Origin: an uncultured Burkholderiaceae bacterium
Lineage (GTDB): Bacteria; Pseudomonadota; Gammaproteobacteria; Burkholderiales; Burkholderiaceae_C
DNA length: 34,106 bases
Assembly (NCBI GenBank): GCA_964400915.1
Contig: CAYNWR010000001.1
Location: 12,917-47,022 of the forward strand
Direction: 5' to 3'
Positions 8,128 through 15,495 of the stretch are shown one piece after another. The position numbers and the translations under genes were made by a program. The notes beneath the pieces were generated by a model. It ran no database searches and had not been told where the DNA came from. It saw only the letters and a program-made list of their open reading frames with translations. The number at the start of each line of letters is the position of its first letter. The first letter of the stretch is position 1.

Positions 8128-9344
8128 GGCCGAGGTCCGGTTTCACGGATCGCCGCAGCCAGTGCGGCAACACCTTCGTTGATCTGGGCGACCGTGGCGG
8201 TCACAAAGGACAGGCGCAGGCAGCGTTCATCGGCGGCGCCCGCGTAGAACGGCGCCCCGGGCACAAACGCAACCTGGCGGGCGACGGCGTGCGGCAGCAG
8301 CTGCGTCGCGTTGTGGCCTGGTGGCAGGCGCAGCCACAGGAACATGCCACCGTCGGGTCGGTTCCAGCTCACATCCAGTCCCCCCAGTTCGCGTTCAAGG
8401 GCAGCGAGCATCGCGTCGCGTTGGGCTTTGTACAGCGCACGGATGTTTGGGGTGTGCCGATCCAGGAAACCATCACGCATCACCTCGGAAATGAGTCGCT
8501 GGCCGAAATTGGGGCTGTGCAGATCGGCAGCCTGCTTGGCCTGCAGCAGCTTGGGATACAAGGCAGGAGGCGCGACCAGGAAACCCAGTCGCATGCCGGG
8601 TGACAGGATCTTGGAGAACGAGCCCAGGTAGATGCAGGAGTCGGGCGCACGTGCCGTCAAGGGCGCGGGTGGTGGGTTGTCGAACCAGAGATCGCCGTAC
8701 GGGTTGTCTTCAACGATCGGAAGACCCAGCTCGGCGGCCACAGCGCCGACCTTGGCGCGGCGTGCCTCGCTCATGGTGCGCCCCGTGGGGTTCTGGAAGT
8801 TGGGCAACAGATACAGAAAGCGCGGGCGTTCCCCTGCCATGCAAGCACGCGCCAGATCGCCCGGATCAACGCCCTCGGCGTCGCTGTCCACGGCGTCGAC
8901 GTGTGGCTCCATCGGCGCGAAAGCCTGCAGGGCCCCCAGGTAGGTGGGTGTCTCGACCAGCACGCGCGAGCCCGCATCGATGAGCACCTTGGCCACCAGA
9001 TCCAGGCCTTGCTGGGAGCCCGTGGTGATCAACACCTGAGCCGGGTCGACAGGCCATGGCAGCATCGAAGCAACCTGTTCCCGCAGCGGACCATAACCTT
9101 CGCTTGCCGCGTACTGCAGGGCGTTGGCACCGTCTGTGCCAAGCACCTTGGCACAAGCCGCCGCAAACGCGTCGATGGGGAAGGTCCTGGGCGACGGCAG
9201 GCCGCCGGCAAAACTGATGATCCCGGGCTTTTCGGTGACCTTGAGAATCTCTCGCAGCACCGAAGGGTTGAGCCGGTGGGCACGTTGCGCCAGGGTCCAG
9301 GCAGGGGCCAGGGACGGGTTCATGGGCAGGTCATTGGGCTTCAT
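8124..9344 (-). CDS. PLP-dependent aminotransferase, class I/II (2-aminoadipate/aromatic transaminase-like)
   Basis: 406 aa. SFAGGLPSP, YAASEGYGPLRE, NFQNPTG and the PLP-lysine motif SFSKILSPGMRLGF are all present in order. Confidence 0.9.
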   Translation of the reverse strand: MKPNDLPMNPSLAPAWTLAQRAHRLNPSVLREILKVTEKPGIISFAGGLPSPRTFPIDAFAAACAKVLGTDGANALQYAASEGYGPLREQVASMLPWPVDPAQVLITTGSQQGLDLVAKVLIDAGSRVLVETPTYLGALQAFAPMEPHVDAVDSDAEGVDPGDLARACMAGERPRFLYLLPNFQNPTGRTMSEARRAKVGAVAAELGLPIVEDNPYGDLWFDNPPPAPLTARAPDSCIYLGSFSKILSPGMRLGFLVAPPALYPKLLQAKQAADLHSPNFGQRLISEVMRDGFLDRHTPNIRALYKAQRDAMLAALERELGGLDVSWNRPDGGMFLWLRLPPGHNATQLLPHAVARQVAFVPGAPFYAGAADERCLRLSFVTATVAQINEGVAALAAAIRETGPRP

Positions 9345-9365
9345 GGCGATGTTTCCTTCGGGCGT

Positions 9366-9728
9366 TCAGGTGGGGCGATGTGCGCGCGATGTGGGCCCAC
9401 TCCAGGCCCTGTCCACACGGGCCACACGCAGTTCGAAATGTTCGTACCAGTCGCTGCGACCCCGCTCCTGGGCCACGCGGTGTTCGGCATGGTGGCGCCA
9501 GGCGGCGATGTGCGCCTCGCTGGCCCAGTACGAAACGGTGATGCCGAAGCCGTCCGCGCCCCGGACACTCTCGACACCCAGGTAACCCGGTTGTTGTGCG
9601 GCCAGCTCGACCATGCGGTTGGCCATCTCAGCGTACCCGCTCTCGTCCAACTCCGAGCGCTGGCTGGCGAAGATCACCGCGTAGTAGGGTGGCGTGGGGG
9701 TCACGGCAAATGCACTGGGCGATGTCAT
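9366..9728 (-). CDS. Antibiotic biosynthesis monooxygenase (ABM) domain protein
   Basis: ATG at 9726-9728 gives 120 aa: MTSPSAFAVTPTPPYYAVIFASQRS...GYLGVESVR...ITVSYWASEAHIAAWRHHAEH. Size and ferredoxin-like pattern fit ABM. Start overlaps the DMT stop (ATGA at 9725-9728). The longer 212-aa track ORF has a junk-like N-terminus. Confidence 0.75.
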   Translation of the reverse strand: MTSPSAFAVTPTPPYYAVIFASQRSELDESGYAEMANRMVELAAQQPGYLGVESVRGADGFGITVSYWASEAHIAAWRHHAEHRVAQERGRSDWYEHFELRVARVDRAWSGPTSRAHRPT

Positions 9729-10705
9729 CCTGTTGATCCTCCGATTCGGGGGGTGGCGGTTGCGGGCCCGATCAATTGGGCACACACTGAGCCTGGCGAT
9801 GTTGCTTGCACCGGCATCCGGCGACCCAGGGCCACACTGGCCAGAACGGCGAGACCGAAGACCAGCGTCAGCGCGTCCACTTGTTCCCCCAGCAGGGGCA
9901 CAGCAGCAACCATGCTCAGAAATGGTTGTGCCAATTGAACCTGGCTCACCCTCAAGGTGCCACCAAGGGCCAGACCGCGGTACCAGGCGAAGAATCCGAT
10001 CCACATCGAAAACACAGCAACGTAGGCGAACCCCAGCCAGGCCGGCGGCGTGATGTCATGCAAGGGGCGGGTGAACCAGGCCCAGGGCAAGGTGATGGGC
10101 AGGGACCAAACAAGCGCCCAGCTGATCACATGCTCGGCGCGCATCTGGCGCGACAGGCGGGCACCGTGCACATAGCCGAACGCCGCGCACAGGACAGCAC
10201 CCAGCAAAAGCCAATCGGCGGGGTTGAGGTGCAGGCCATTGGCCCCGGCCCGAAACCAGGCATACGCCATCACCAGGACACTTCCAGCGAGCGCGCAGGC
10301 CCAGAACCCGAAGGACGCGCGCTGCCGATTGATCCAGGCGCCGACCGCTGCCGTCGCCAGTGGCAGCAAGCCCACGATCACGCTGGCGTGGACGGCGGGC
10401 GTGTGTTGCAGGGCCATGGAGGTGAGCAAGGGAAAACCGAACACGACGCCCAAGGCCGTCAGCAGCAGTTCGCCTCGATGCTGCCTGGGCGGCCAAGGCG
10501 CCCGAACGGCCATCAGGTAGAGCGCAGCCAGCAGTCCCGCGACCGCTGCACGTCCCACGGCAATGAAGACACCGCTGAGCTGGGCTGGGCCGTCTGCCCC
10601 GGTGGCCAGGCGGGTCATCGGCAATGTCAAGGCGAACAGCAAGACACCAACGACGCCCAGTAACAGGCCTTTGCGAGCGACGGATAATGATTGTTTGCTA
10701 TTCAT
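9725..10705 (-). CDS. DMT superfamily (EamA-like) transporter
   Basis: ATG at 10703-10705 (MNSKQSLSVARKGLLLGVVGVLLFALTLPMTR...). About 10 hydrophobic helices arranged as two EamA-like halves. The upstream part of the 378-aa track ORF runs into the LysE gene and is not protein-like. Confidence 0.88.
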   Translation of the reverse strand: MNSKQSLSVARKGLLLGVVGVLLFALTLPMTRLATGADGPAQLSGVFIAVGRAAVAGLLAALYLMAVRAPWPPRQHRGELLLTALGVVFGFPLLTSMALQHTPAVHASVIVGLLPLATAAVGAWINRQRASFGFWACALAGSVLVMAYAWFRAGANGLHLNPADWLLLGAVLCAAFGYVHGARLSRQMRAEHVISWALVWSLPITLPWAWFTRPLHDITPPAWLGFAYVAVFSMWIGFFAWYRGLALGGTLRVSQVQLAQPFLSMVAAVPLLGEQVDALTLVFGLAVLASVALGRRMPVQATSPGSVCAQLIGPATATPRIGGSTG

Positions 10706-10718
10706 TATATAGCAATTC

Positions 10719-11342
10719 TCATGCCGCGAGCATCCAGGCCGCCGTTGCCACCAGCACCAAAGCGAGGGCGCGGTTGAAGACCAGCAGGCGCCGACCGTTG
10801 CCCAGCCAACCGCGCAGGCCGGCGCCAGCCAAGGCGTAGGTGAAATTGCTGGTGAATGCAAAAAACACCATGGCGATGGCGATCGCGATCAGGCGCTCGC
10901 CGGGATTCGGGCTCGCTGTGCCCTGTGCGTGGACCACCCAGCCCGAGACCAGCGTGAGCGCGAGCATCCAGGCCTTGATGTTGAGAAATTGCAGCCCCAC
11001 GCCTTGCCAGAACCCGACCGACAGGCGCGCCCCATCGGCCTGCGACAGCGTCCCGCTTCCGGCCAGGCGCCAGGCGAGCCAGCACAGGTAGGCCACACCC
11101 AGGATCTTCACGCCCCAGCGCAGCATCGGCATGCCCGCGACCAGAGTCCCCAGCCCCCAGCCACAGGCCAGCAGCAGCAAGGTCCATCCAACCGGAACTG
11201 CCAGACAAAAGCGCAGGGCCGCAGCCAACCCGCGGTTGGCCGCCAGAGCGGTGGACAGGGTCGTGTTCGGGCCCGGCGAGAAGCTCATGGTTGTGCACAG
11301 CAGCAGCAGGGTGCTCCATTCGGCGGCGGACATCACGGTCAT
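10719..11342 (-). CDS. LysE/RhtB family amino-acid exporter
   Basis: MTVMSAAEWSTLLLLCTTMSFSPGPNTT carries the N-terminal SPGPN signature of the LysE family. About 6 TM segments. Start is ambiguous (ATG 11342 or 11333, GTG 11387). Confidence 0.88.
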   Translation of the reverse strand: MTVMSAAEWSTLLLLCTTMSFSPGPNTTLSTALAANRGLAAALRFCLAVPVGWTLLLLACGWGLGTLVAGMPMLRWGVKILGVAYLCWLAWRLAGSGTLSQADGARLSVGFWQGVGLQFLNIKAWMLALTLVSGWVVHAQGTASPNPGERLIAIAIAMVFFAFTSNFTYALAGAGLRGWLGNGRRLLVFNRALALVLVATAAWMLAA

Positions 11343-11428
11343 GGTCGGGGCATTGTCGTGGAGCAGCCCAGGCAGGCCACAGGTCACGGGGAGTCACCAT
11401 CGTGCCTTGAAAAACAATACACAACCGG

Positions 11429-11459
11429 TACAGATGACATAATCAGATCATCATCTGTA
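11429..11459. promoter_or_regulatory. Perfect 9-bp inverted repeat TACAGATGA-N13-TCATCTGTA, candidate MocR operator
   Basis: Read directly: TACAGATGA (11429-11437), spacer cataatcagatca, TCATCTGTA (11451-11459). It lies in the ~160-bp divergent region between the LysE gene and the MocR regulator gene, 44 nt upstream of the regulator ATG. The spacer holds a third related copy, CAGATCA. Confidence 0.5.
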
Positions 11460-11502
11460 TTGCGATGTAAAGCGGCACAGCCGTTGTGCAAAGGGGGTCT
11501 TG

Positions 11503-12924
11503 ATGCTGATGAAAACACCCAATCAATCGCTGACCGAGCAGCTGGTGCAGCGCATTGCCGAGCAGATCGAAAGCCGCTTGCTGGCGCCCGGTGCGCGTCT
11601 GCCGTCGGTGCGCCAAGGCGCTGCCGAGCAGGGCGTCAGTGCGGCCACCGTCGTGGCAGCCTACGACCGCCTTCTGGCCCAGGGGCTCATCGAGGCACGC
11701 CCCAAACGGGGATTCTTTGTGCGCGAGCGCAGCAACCTGCGCGGGCAAGGCGTGGGCGATGACAGCCATCGGGCGCAGGCGCCTGCCACGCAATCCGCTG
11801 CGGCCCCGATGAAGGCAACTGCCCTCATCCGCGGCATGTTTCATGAGCCCAGCCCCAAGCCACAGCCCGGCATGGGTGTGCTGCCGCCGCATTGGATGGA
11901 AACGCCGTTTCTGCCAACAGCCTTGCGGCGCGTGGTGCGGGCGCCGACGGTGAACGAGGTCTCCTTGCGTTATGGCGAGCCGCAGGGCGATGTCGGCCTG
12001 CGCGAGGCCTTGTCCCTGCGCCTGCGTCAGCACCAGATCGAGGTGCCGGCGCGCCAGATCGTGACGACCTTGGGCGCCACCCATGCCCTGGACGTGGTCA
12101 GCCGCACCCTGTTGCGCGCAGGCGATCCCGTGATGGTGGAGGAGCCAGGTTGGGCGGTGGAGTATGCGCGCCTGGCTGCCATGGGCATGCGCATCCTGCC
12201 GGTGCCGCGCCGTGCCGATGGGCCCGATCTGGACGTGATGCGGCGCTATTGCGAAACCCACCAGCCCAAGCTGTACGTGAGCGTGAGCGTGCTGCACAAC
12301 CCCACGGGGCACTGCCTGGCCCCGGCCATCGCTCAGCGCGTGGTGGAGCTGGCACACGCGCATGGCTTTCACATCGTCGAGGACGATACCTACAGCCACC
12401 TCGCGCCCGACCACAGCACGCGCCTGGCGGCGCTGGACGGTTTGCGACGAACGATCTACGTGGGGGGCTTTGCCAAGATCCTTGCGCCCAACTGGCGTGT
12501 GGGCTTCCTGGCGGCGCCACCTGATCTGGTGGAGGCTTTGCTGGATACCAAACTGCTGGGCACCCTGACCACGCCGGCGCTGCTGGAGAAGGCCATGGCC
12601 ATCGTGATCGAGCAGGGGCAATTGCGACGCCACGCGGAGCGGGTGCGCACGCGCCTGGACGCCGCACGCCAGCGAACGGTGCGCCTGGCTTTACAGGCCG
12701 GCTGCCGTTTTGCCGCCGAACCGGCAGGTCTCTTTGGATGGGTGGATACCGGCGTGGACACCGAAGTGCTCGCGCGGCGCATGCACGACGACGGCTACCT
12801 GCTGGCGCCCGGCGCTCTGTTTCATGCCACCCGCCAGCCCAGCACGCTCATGCGCATCAACTTCGCGACTGCGCAGGACGCCACGTTTTGGCGCGCTTAC
12901 GAGCGCCGTCGATCATCCATGTGA
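11503..12924 (+). CDS. MocR/GabR-type GntR-family transcriptional regulator with fused PLP aminotransferase-like domain
   Basis: N-terminal winged-helix (LPSVRQGAAEQGVSAATVVAAYDRLLAQGLIEARPKRGFFV) followed by an aminotransferase fold (YGEPQGDVGLREAL..., NPTGHCL, GGFAKILAPNWRVGFL with the PLP Lys). AGGGGG Shine-Dalgarno lies 5 nt before the ATG at 11503. Confidence 0.92.
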   Translation: MLMKTPNQSLTEQLVQRIAEQIESRLLAPGARLPSVRQGAAEQGVSAATVVAAYDRLLAQGLIEARPKRGFFVRERSNLRGQGVGDDSHRAQAPATQSAAAPMKATALIRGMFHEPSPKPQPGMGVLPPHWMETPFLPTALRRVVRAPTVNEVSLRYGEPQGDVGLREALSLRLRQHQIEVPARQIVTTLGATHALDVVSRTLLRAGDPVMVEEPGWAVEYARLAAMGMRILPVPRRADGPDLDVMRRYCETHQPKLYVSVSVLHNPTGHCLAPAIAQRVVELAHAHGFHIVEDDTYSHLAPDHSTRLAALDGLRRTIYVGGFAKILAPNWRVGFLAAPPDLVEALLDTKLLGTLTTPALLEKAMAIVIEQGQLRRHAERVRTRLDAARQRTVRLALQAGCRFAAEPAGLFGWVDTGVDTEVLARRMHDDGYLLAPGALFHATRQPSTLMRINFATAQDATFWRAYERRRSSM

Positions 12925-12961
12925 CAGGGGCGGCGCCGGAACCATCGGGCCGGGCCGGCGC

Positions 12962-14203
12962 TCACGAGCGTTCGTGCGGGGTCTGGATGGACGCCAGCGT
13001 GCGCAAGAGGGCGCGGTTCACGTCTTCCACGCCCAGTTCGTTCTGGGCACAAAGGGCCAGCACCTGGGCGCCATCGCGCTGTTCCATGGCCATGGCCAAT
13101 TGCAGCGTGGCCGCATAGGGTCCTTGCCCCAGGACAATGGCCTCGTAGATGCGTGGCGACAAGGGCAGTCGGTTGAGCAGCGCACCGATCGGTTCGCCCA
13201 ACAGCCAGTCGAGCTGAGAAAACAGGCCACAAAGGTAGACCTCGCGGCGCAGGCTGTCTTCGACGCCCGCGTCCAGGACATGCTCCATCACGCGGGCGCG
13301 CAGGACCATGCTCTCGGTCACGGGGATGATGTCCGGATCGTTGCTGGCCGTCTGAGCGTATTCGAGCAGCCAGCGGCGCACGGCCTGATAGCCCAGCATC
13401 ATGATGCCCGAGCGCACCGACTCGATGCGGCCGCGCACACCGACGGCTGCGGAATTGACATAGGAGAGAAAGCGGTAGACGACGAGTGGCGCCTGAGCCA
13501 GGATCTGTTCGATGGCTTCCAGCGAGCGATCCTCATCGATGGCCTGGATCACACGGTCCAGGCGCCGCTTGGCCGGGGGCAGGGACTTGTGATGCCAGAT
13601 CTGCAGCACGTCTTCGCAGGGCCACCCCAGCAGGGCAAAGGCACCCTGCTGATCCAGGCAGTGCCCGGCCAGTTCACGGCTTGCCACATGTTCATAGATC
13701 TGATCGGGTCGCACGGGGCTCGCAAAGTCCAGCCGGGGTGTGTCGCCACTGGCTCGCGCCGCGCGGATCGAACGAAGGGCCAACACGGCCTGTCCCGGCG
13801 AGAGGGCCAACAGGCAGCGACGAAAACAGGGCGCCAGGTCTTCGCTGGGGGCGGCGGTGTCGCCTTGCCAGATCAAACGCAGGCCGCGATCCGCTGCCGC
13901 CACCACACGACGCACCAGGGCGTCGTCGTCGGCCAGCCAGAGCGCCGGAACCTCGATGGGCGGGGCATCGGCCGGCGCACGATCAAGCAGATCGGCCAGC
14001 AAGGCTGGTGAACGCAGGGCCAATTGCAGGGCTGGTGCGGTTTCGGCCCAGGTTTCCTTGAGGGTGCGCACCAGGTGCGGCGCGTCGACCAGCGTGGCAT
14101 GTGATGCCCGATCGACGGTGAGTTGCAACCCCACCATTTCGCGCTGGCGACCCCACAGGGGCTGGAAGCCCAGCGTGATGTTGCCCAGGACGGATTGGGT
14201 CAT
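12962..14203 (-). CDS. HDOD-domain signalling protein with degenerate EAL-like N-terminal domain (COG3434/YuxH-like)
   Basis: C-terminal half matches the HDOD pattern of EAL-HDOD proteins (ILAQAPLVVYRFLSYVNSAAVGVRGRIESVRSGIMMLGYQAVRRWLL ... LCGLFSQLDWLLGEPIGALLNRLPLSPRIYEAIV). The N-terminus (LGFQPLWGRQREMVGLQLTV) sits where that family has RQPI...YELLxR, and the EAL Glu is not conserved. ATG overlaps the flgL TGA (ATGA at 14200-14203). Confidence 0.8.
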   Translation of the reverse strand: MTQSVLGNITLGFQPLWGRQREMVGLQLTVDRASHATLVDAPHLVRTLKETWAETAPALQLALRSPALLADLLDRAPADAPPIEVPALWLADDDALVRRVVAAADRGLRLIWQGDTAAPSEDLAPCFRRCLLALSPGQAVLALRSIRAARASGDTPRLDFASPVRPDQIYEHVASRELAGHCLDQQGAFALLGWPCEDVLQIWHHKSLPPAKRRLDRVIQAIDEDRSLEAIEQILAQAPLVVYRFLSYVNSAAVGVRGRIESVRSGIMMLGYQAVRRWLLEYAQTASNDPDIIPVTESMVLRARVMEHVLDAGVEDSLRREVYLCGLFSQLDWLLGEPIGALLNRLPLSPRIYEAIVLGQGPYAATLQLAMAMEQRDGAQVLALCAQNELGVEDVNRALLRTLASIQTPHERS

Positions 14204-15459
14204 CCGATGAAGTTGAACAAGGACAGCTTCTGGATCTGCGCGTACGACTGCAAGGCTGCGCTGTAGGCCGTCTGCTGGTTCTGGAAGTCCGAGATGCCGG
14301 CGATCATATCGAGGTCTTCCGCGCGGGAGCGATCCGACTGCAGCTGGATGCTGCGCTCCTCCTGTTGCGAGTCCACCCGATCCGCCCTGTTCATCAAGTC
14401 GCCCGCGACGGAGCGTCCGCGTTGCAATTGCTCCAGCGCGTTGTCGATTTGCGCGATGTTGATGGCCAGCGAATGGTTGAAGTTGGCGTTGGTGCTGTCC
14501 GCGCCCTTGCGTGTGCCGGGCAGGTACAGGCCCTCGATGGAGCGATCCAGCACACCGAACACACTGGGCCGGGTTGAAGGATCCGTGCTGTTGGGGTTGA
14601 CTTCCAGGGTGTCGCCGTCAACCGGGGTGCCCTGCACGCGCACAGAGATACCGCCCAACTGGATGCTGGCGTTCTCCTTGTAGTCGCCCGTCACCACGGC
14701 GGCCGTGGTGTTGTTGGTGGCGGTGTAGGTCATGACGCCACCGACGGTGGCAAAAGAGATGGTGTAGTCATAGCCATCGACCGCGGCCAGGGCCGCGTCG
14801 GTCACCTGGCCGATGTCGCTGAAGACACGGCCGGTGTTGGTCGCGCCCAGGCTCACGGTGAAGACCCCGTTGGTTTCCGGAACGTCCATCCAGGTTGCGC
14901 GCCCATCGATCATGAAGGGCACGGCCACCTCGCTGGCCGCACGTTGGCCCGGCAGGCCGTTGAACGCATAGTCCGGATCGGGAGCTGTCCCGTCGACGGA
15001 TGTGGTGAAGGGTTTGGCCGAACTGCCCAGCCCGCCGAACAGGGGCAGTCCATTGGTGTCGGCGCGATTGGCCAGCGCAAAGATCTGTTCGCGCAGCGCT
15101 GTCATCTGCGCTGCCAGGGTTTCGCGTTCGCGGCCGCTGTTGGCGCCATTGCCGGCGGCCACTGTCAGATCGCGGAACTCCTGCATCAGTGAGACCGCCT
15201 CGCCCAGCACCGATTCGGACAGCGCCAGGTTGTTGCGCTGCAACTCCAGGGCGCGTTGCTCGGTCTGGATGCGCGACAGCCGTGTCAAGGCGCGTTCGGC
15301 CTGGGCCGCGGCCGTCGGGTCGTCGCTGGGGCGCACCACCCGTTTGCCGGACGTGAGGTTTTCCTGCAAGGCGGCAAGATCGGCGCTGCGCTGCGTGATG
15401 CCGCGCAAGGCACTGCCGTAGGCGTTGGCTGAAGCAAGACGAAGGAAGTTGTTGGCCAT
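14200..15459 (-). CDS. flgL: Flagellar hook-filament junction protein FlgL (HAP3)
   Basis: Flagellin-like N-terminus (LQENLTSGKRVVRPSDDPTAAAQAERALTRLSRIQTEQRAL) and C-terminus (...QNQQTAYSAALQSYAQIQKLSLFNFIG). It follows flgK. Confidence 0.93.
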   Translation of the reverse strand: MANNFLRLASANAYGSALRGITQRSADLAALQENLTSGKRVVRPSDDPTAAAQAERALTRLSRIQTEQRALELQRNNLALSESVLGEAVSLMQEFRDLTVAAGNGANSGRERETLAAQMTALREQIFALANRADTNGLPLFGGLGSSAKPFTTSVDGTAPDPDYAFNGLPGQRAASEVAVPFMIDGRATWMDVPETNGVFTVSLGATNTGRVFSDIGQVTDAALAAVDGYDYTISFATVGGVMTYTATNNTTAAVVTGDYKENASIQLGGISVRVQGTPVDGDTLEVNPNSTDPSTRPSVFGVLDRSIEGLYLPGTRKGADSTNANFNHSLAINIAQIDNALEQLQRGRSVAGDLMNRADRVDSQQEERSIQLQSDRSRAEDLDMIAGISDFQNQQTAYSAALQSYAQIQKLSLFNFIG

Positions 15460-15495
15460 GGTCTGCTCGAAGTCGTGCGTGCTGGTTGCCCTGCG

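Noticed and set aside
12933-12961. GCGCCGG...CCGGCGC stem between the convergent MocR and HDOD gene ends
   Set aside because: The 7-bp GC stem has a 15-nt loop and no T/A tract on either side. It is plausibly a bidirectional terminator, but the evidence is too weak to list it as a feature.
11443-14011. Long ORFs antisense to the MocR regulator (11443..12633, minus) and to the HDOD gene (12710..14011, plus)
   Set aside because: Both lie opposite genes with clear domain signatures, and their translations are low-complexity (R/A/G/Q/H rich). They are GC-bias artefacts.
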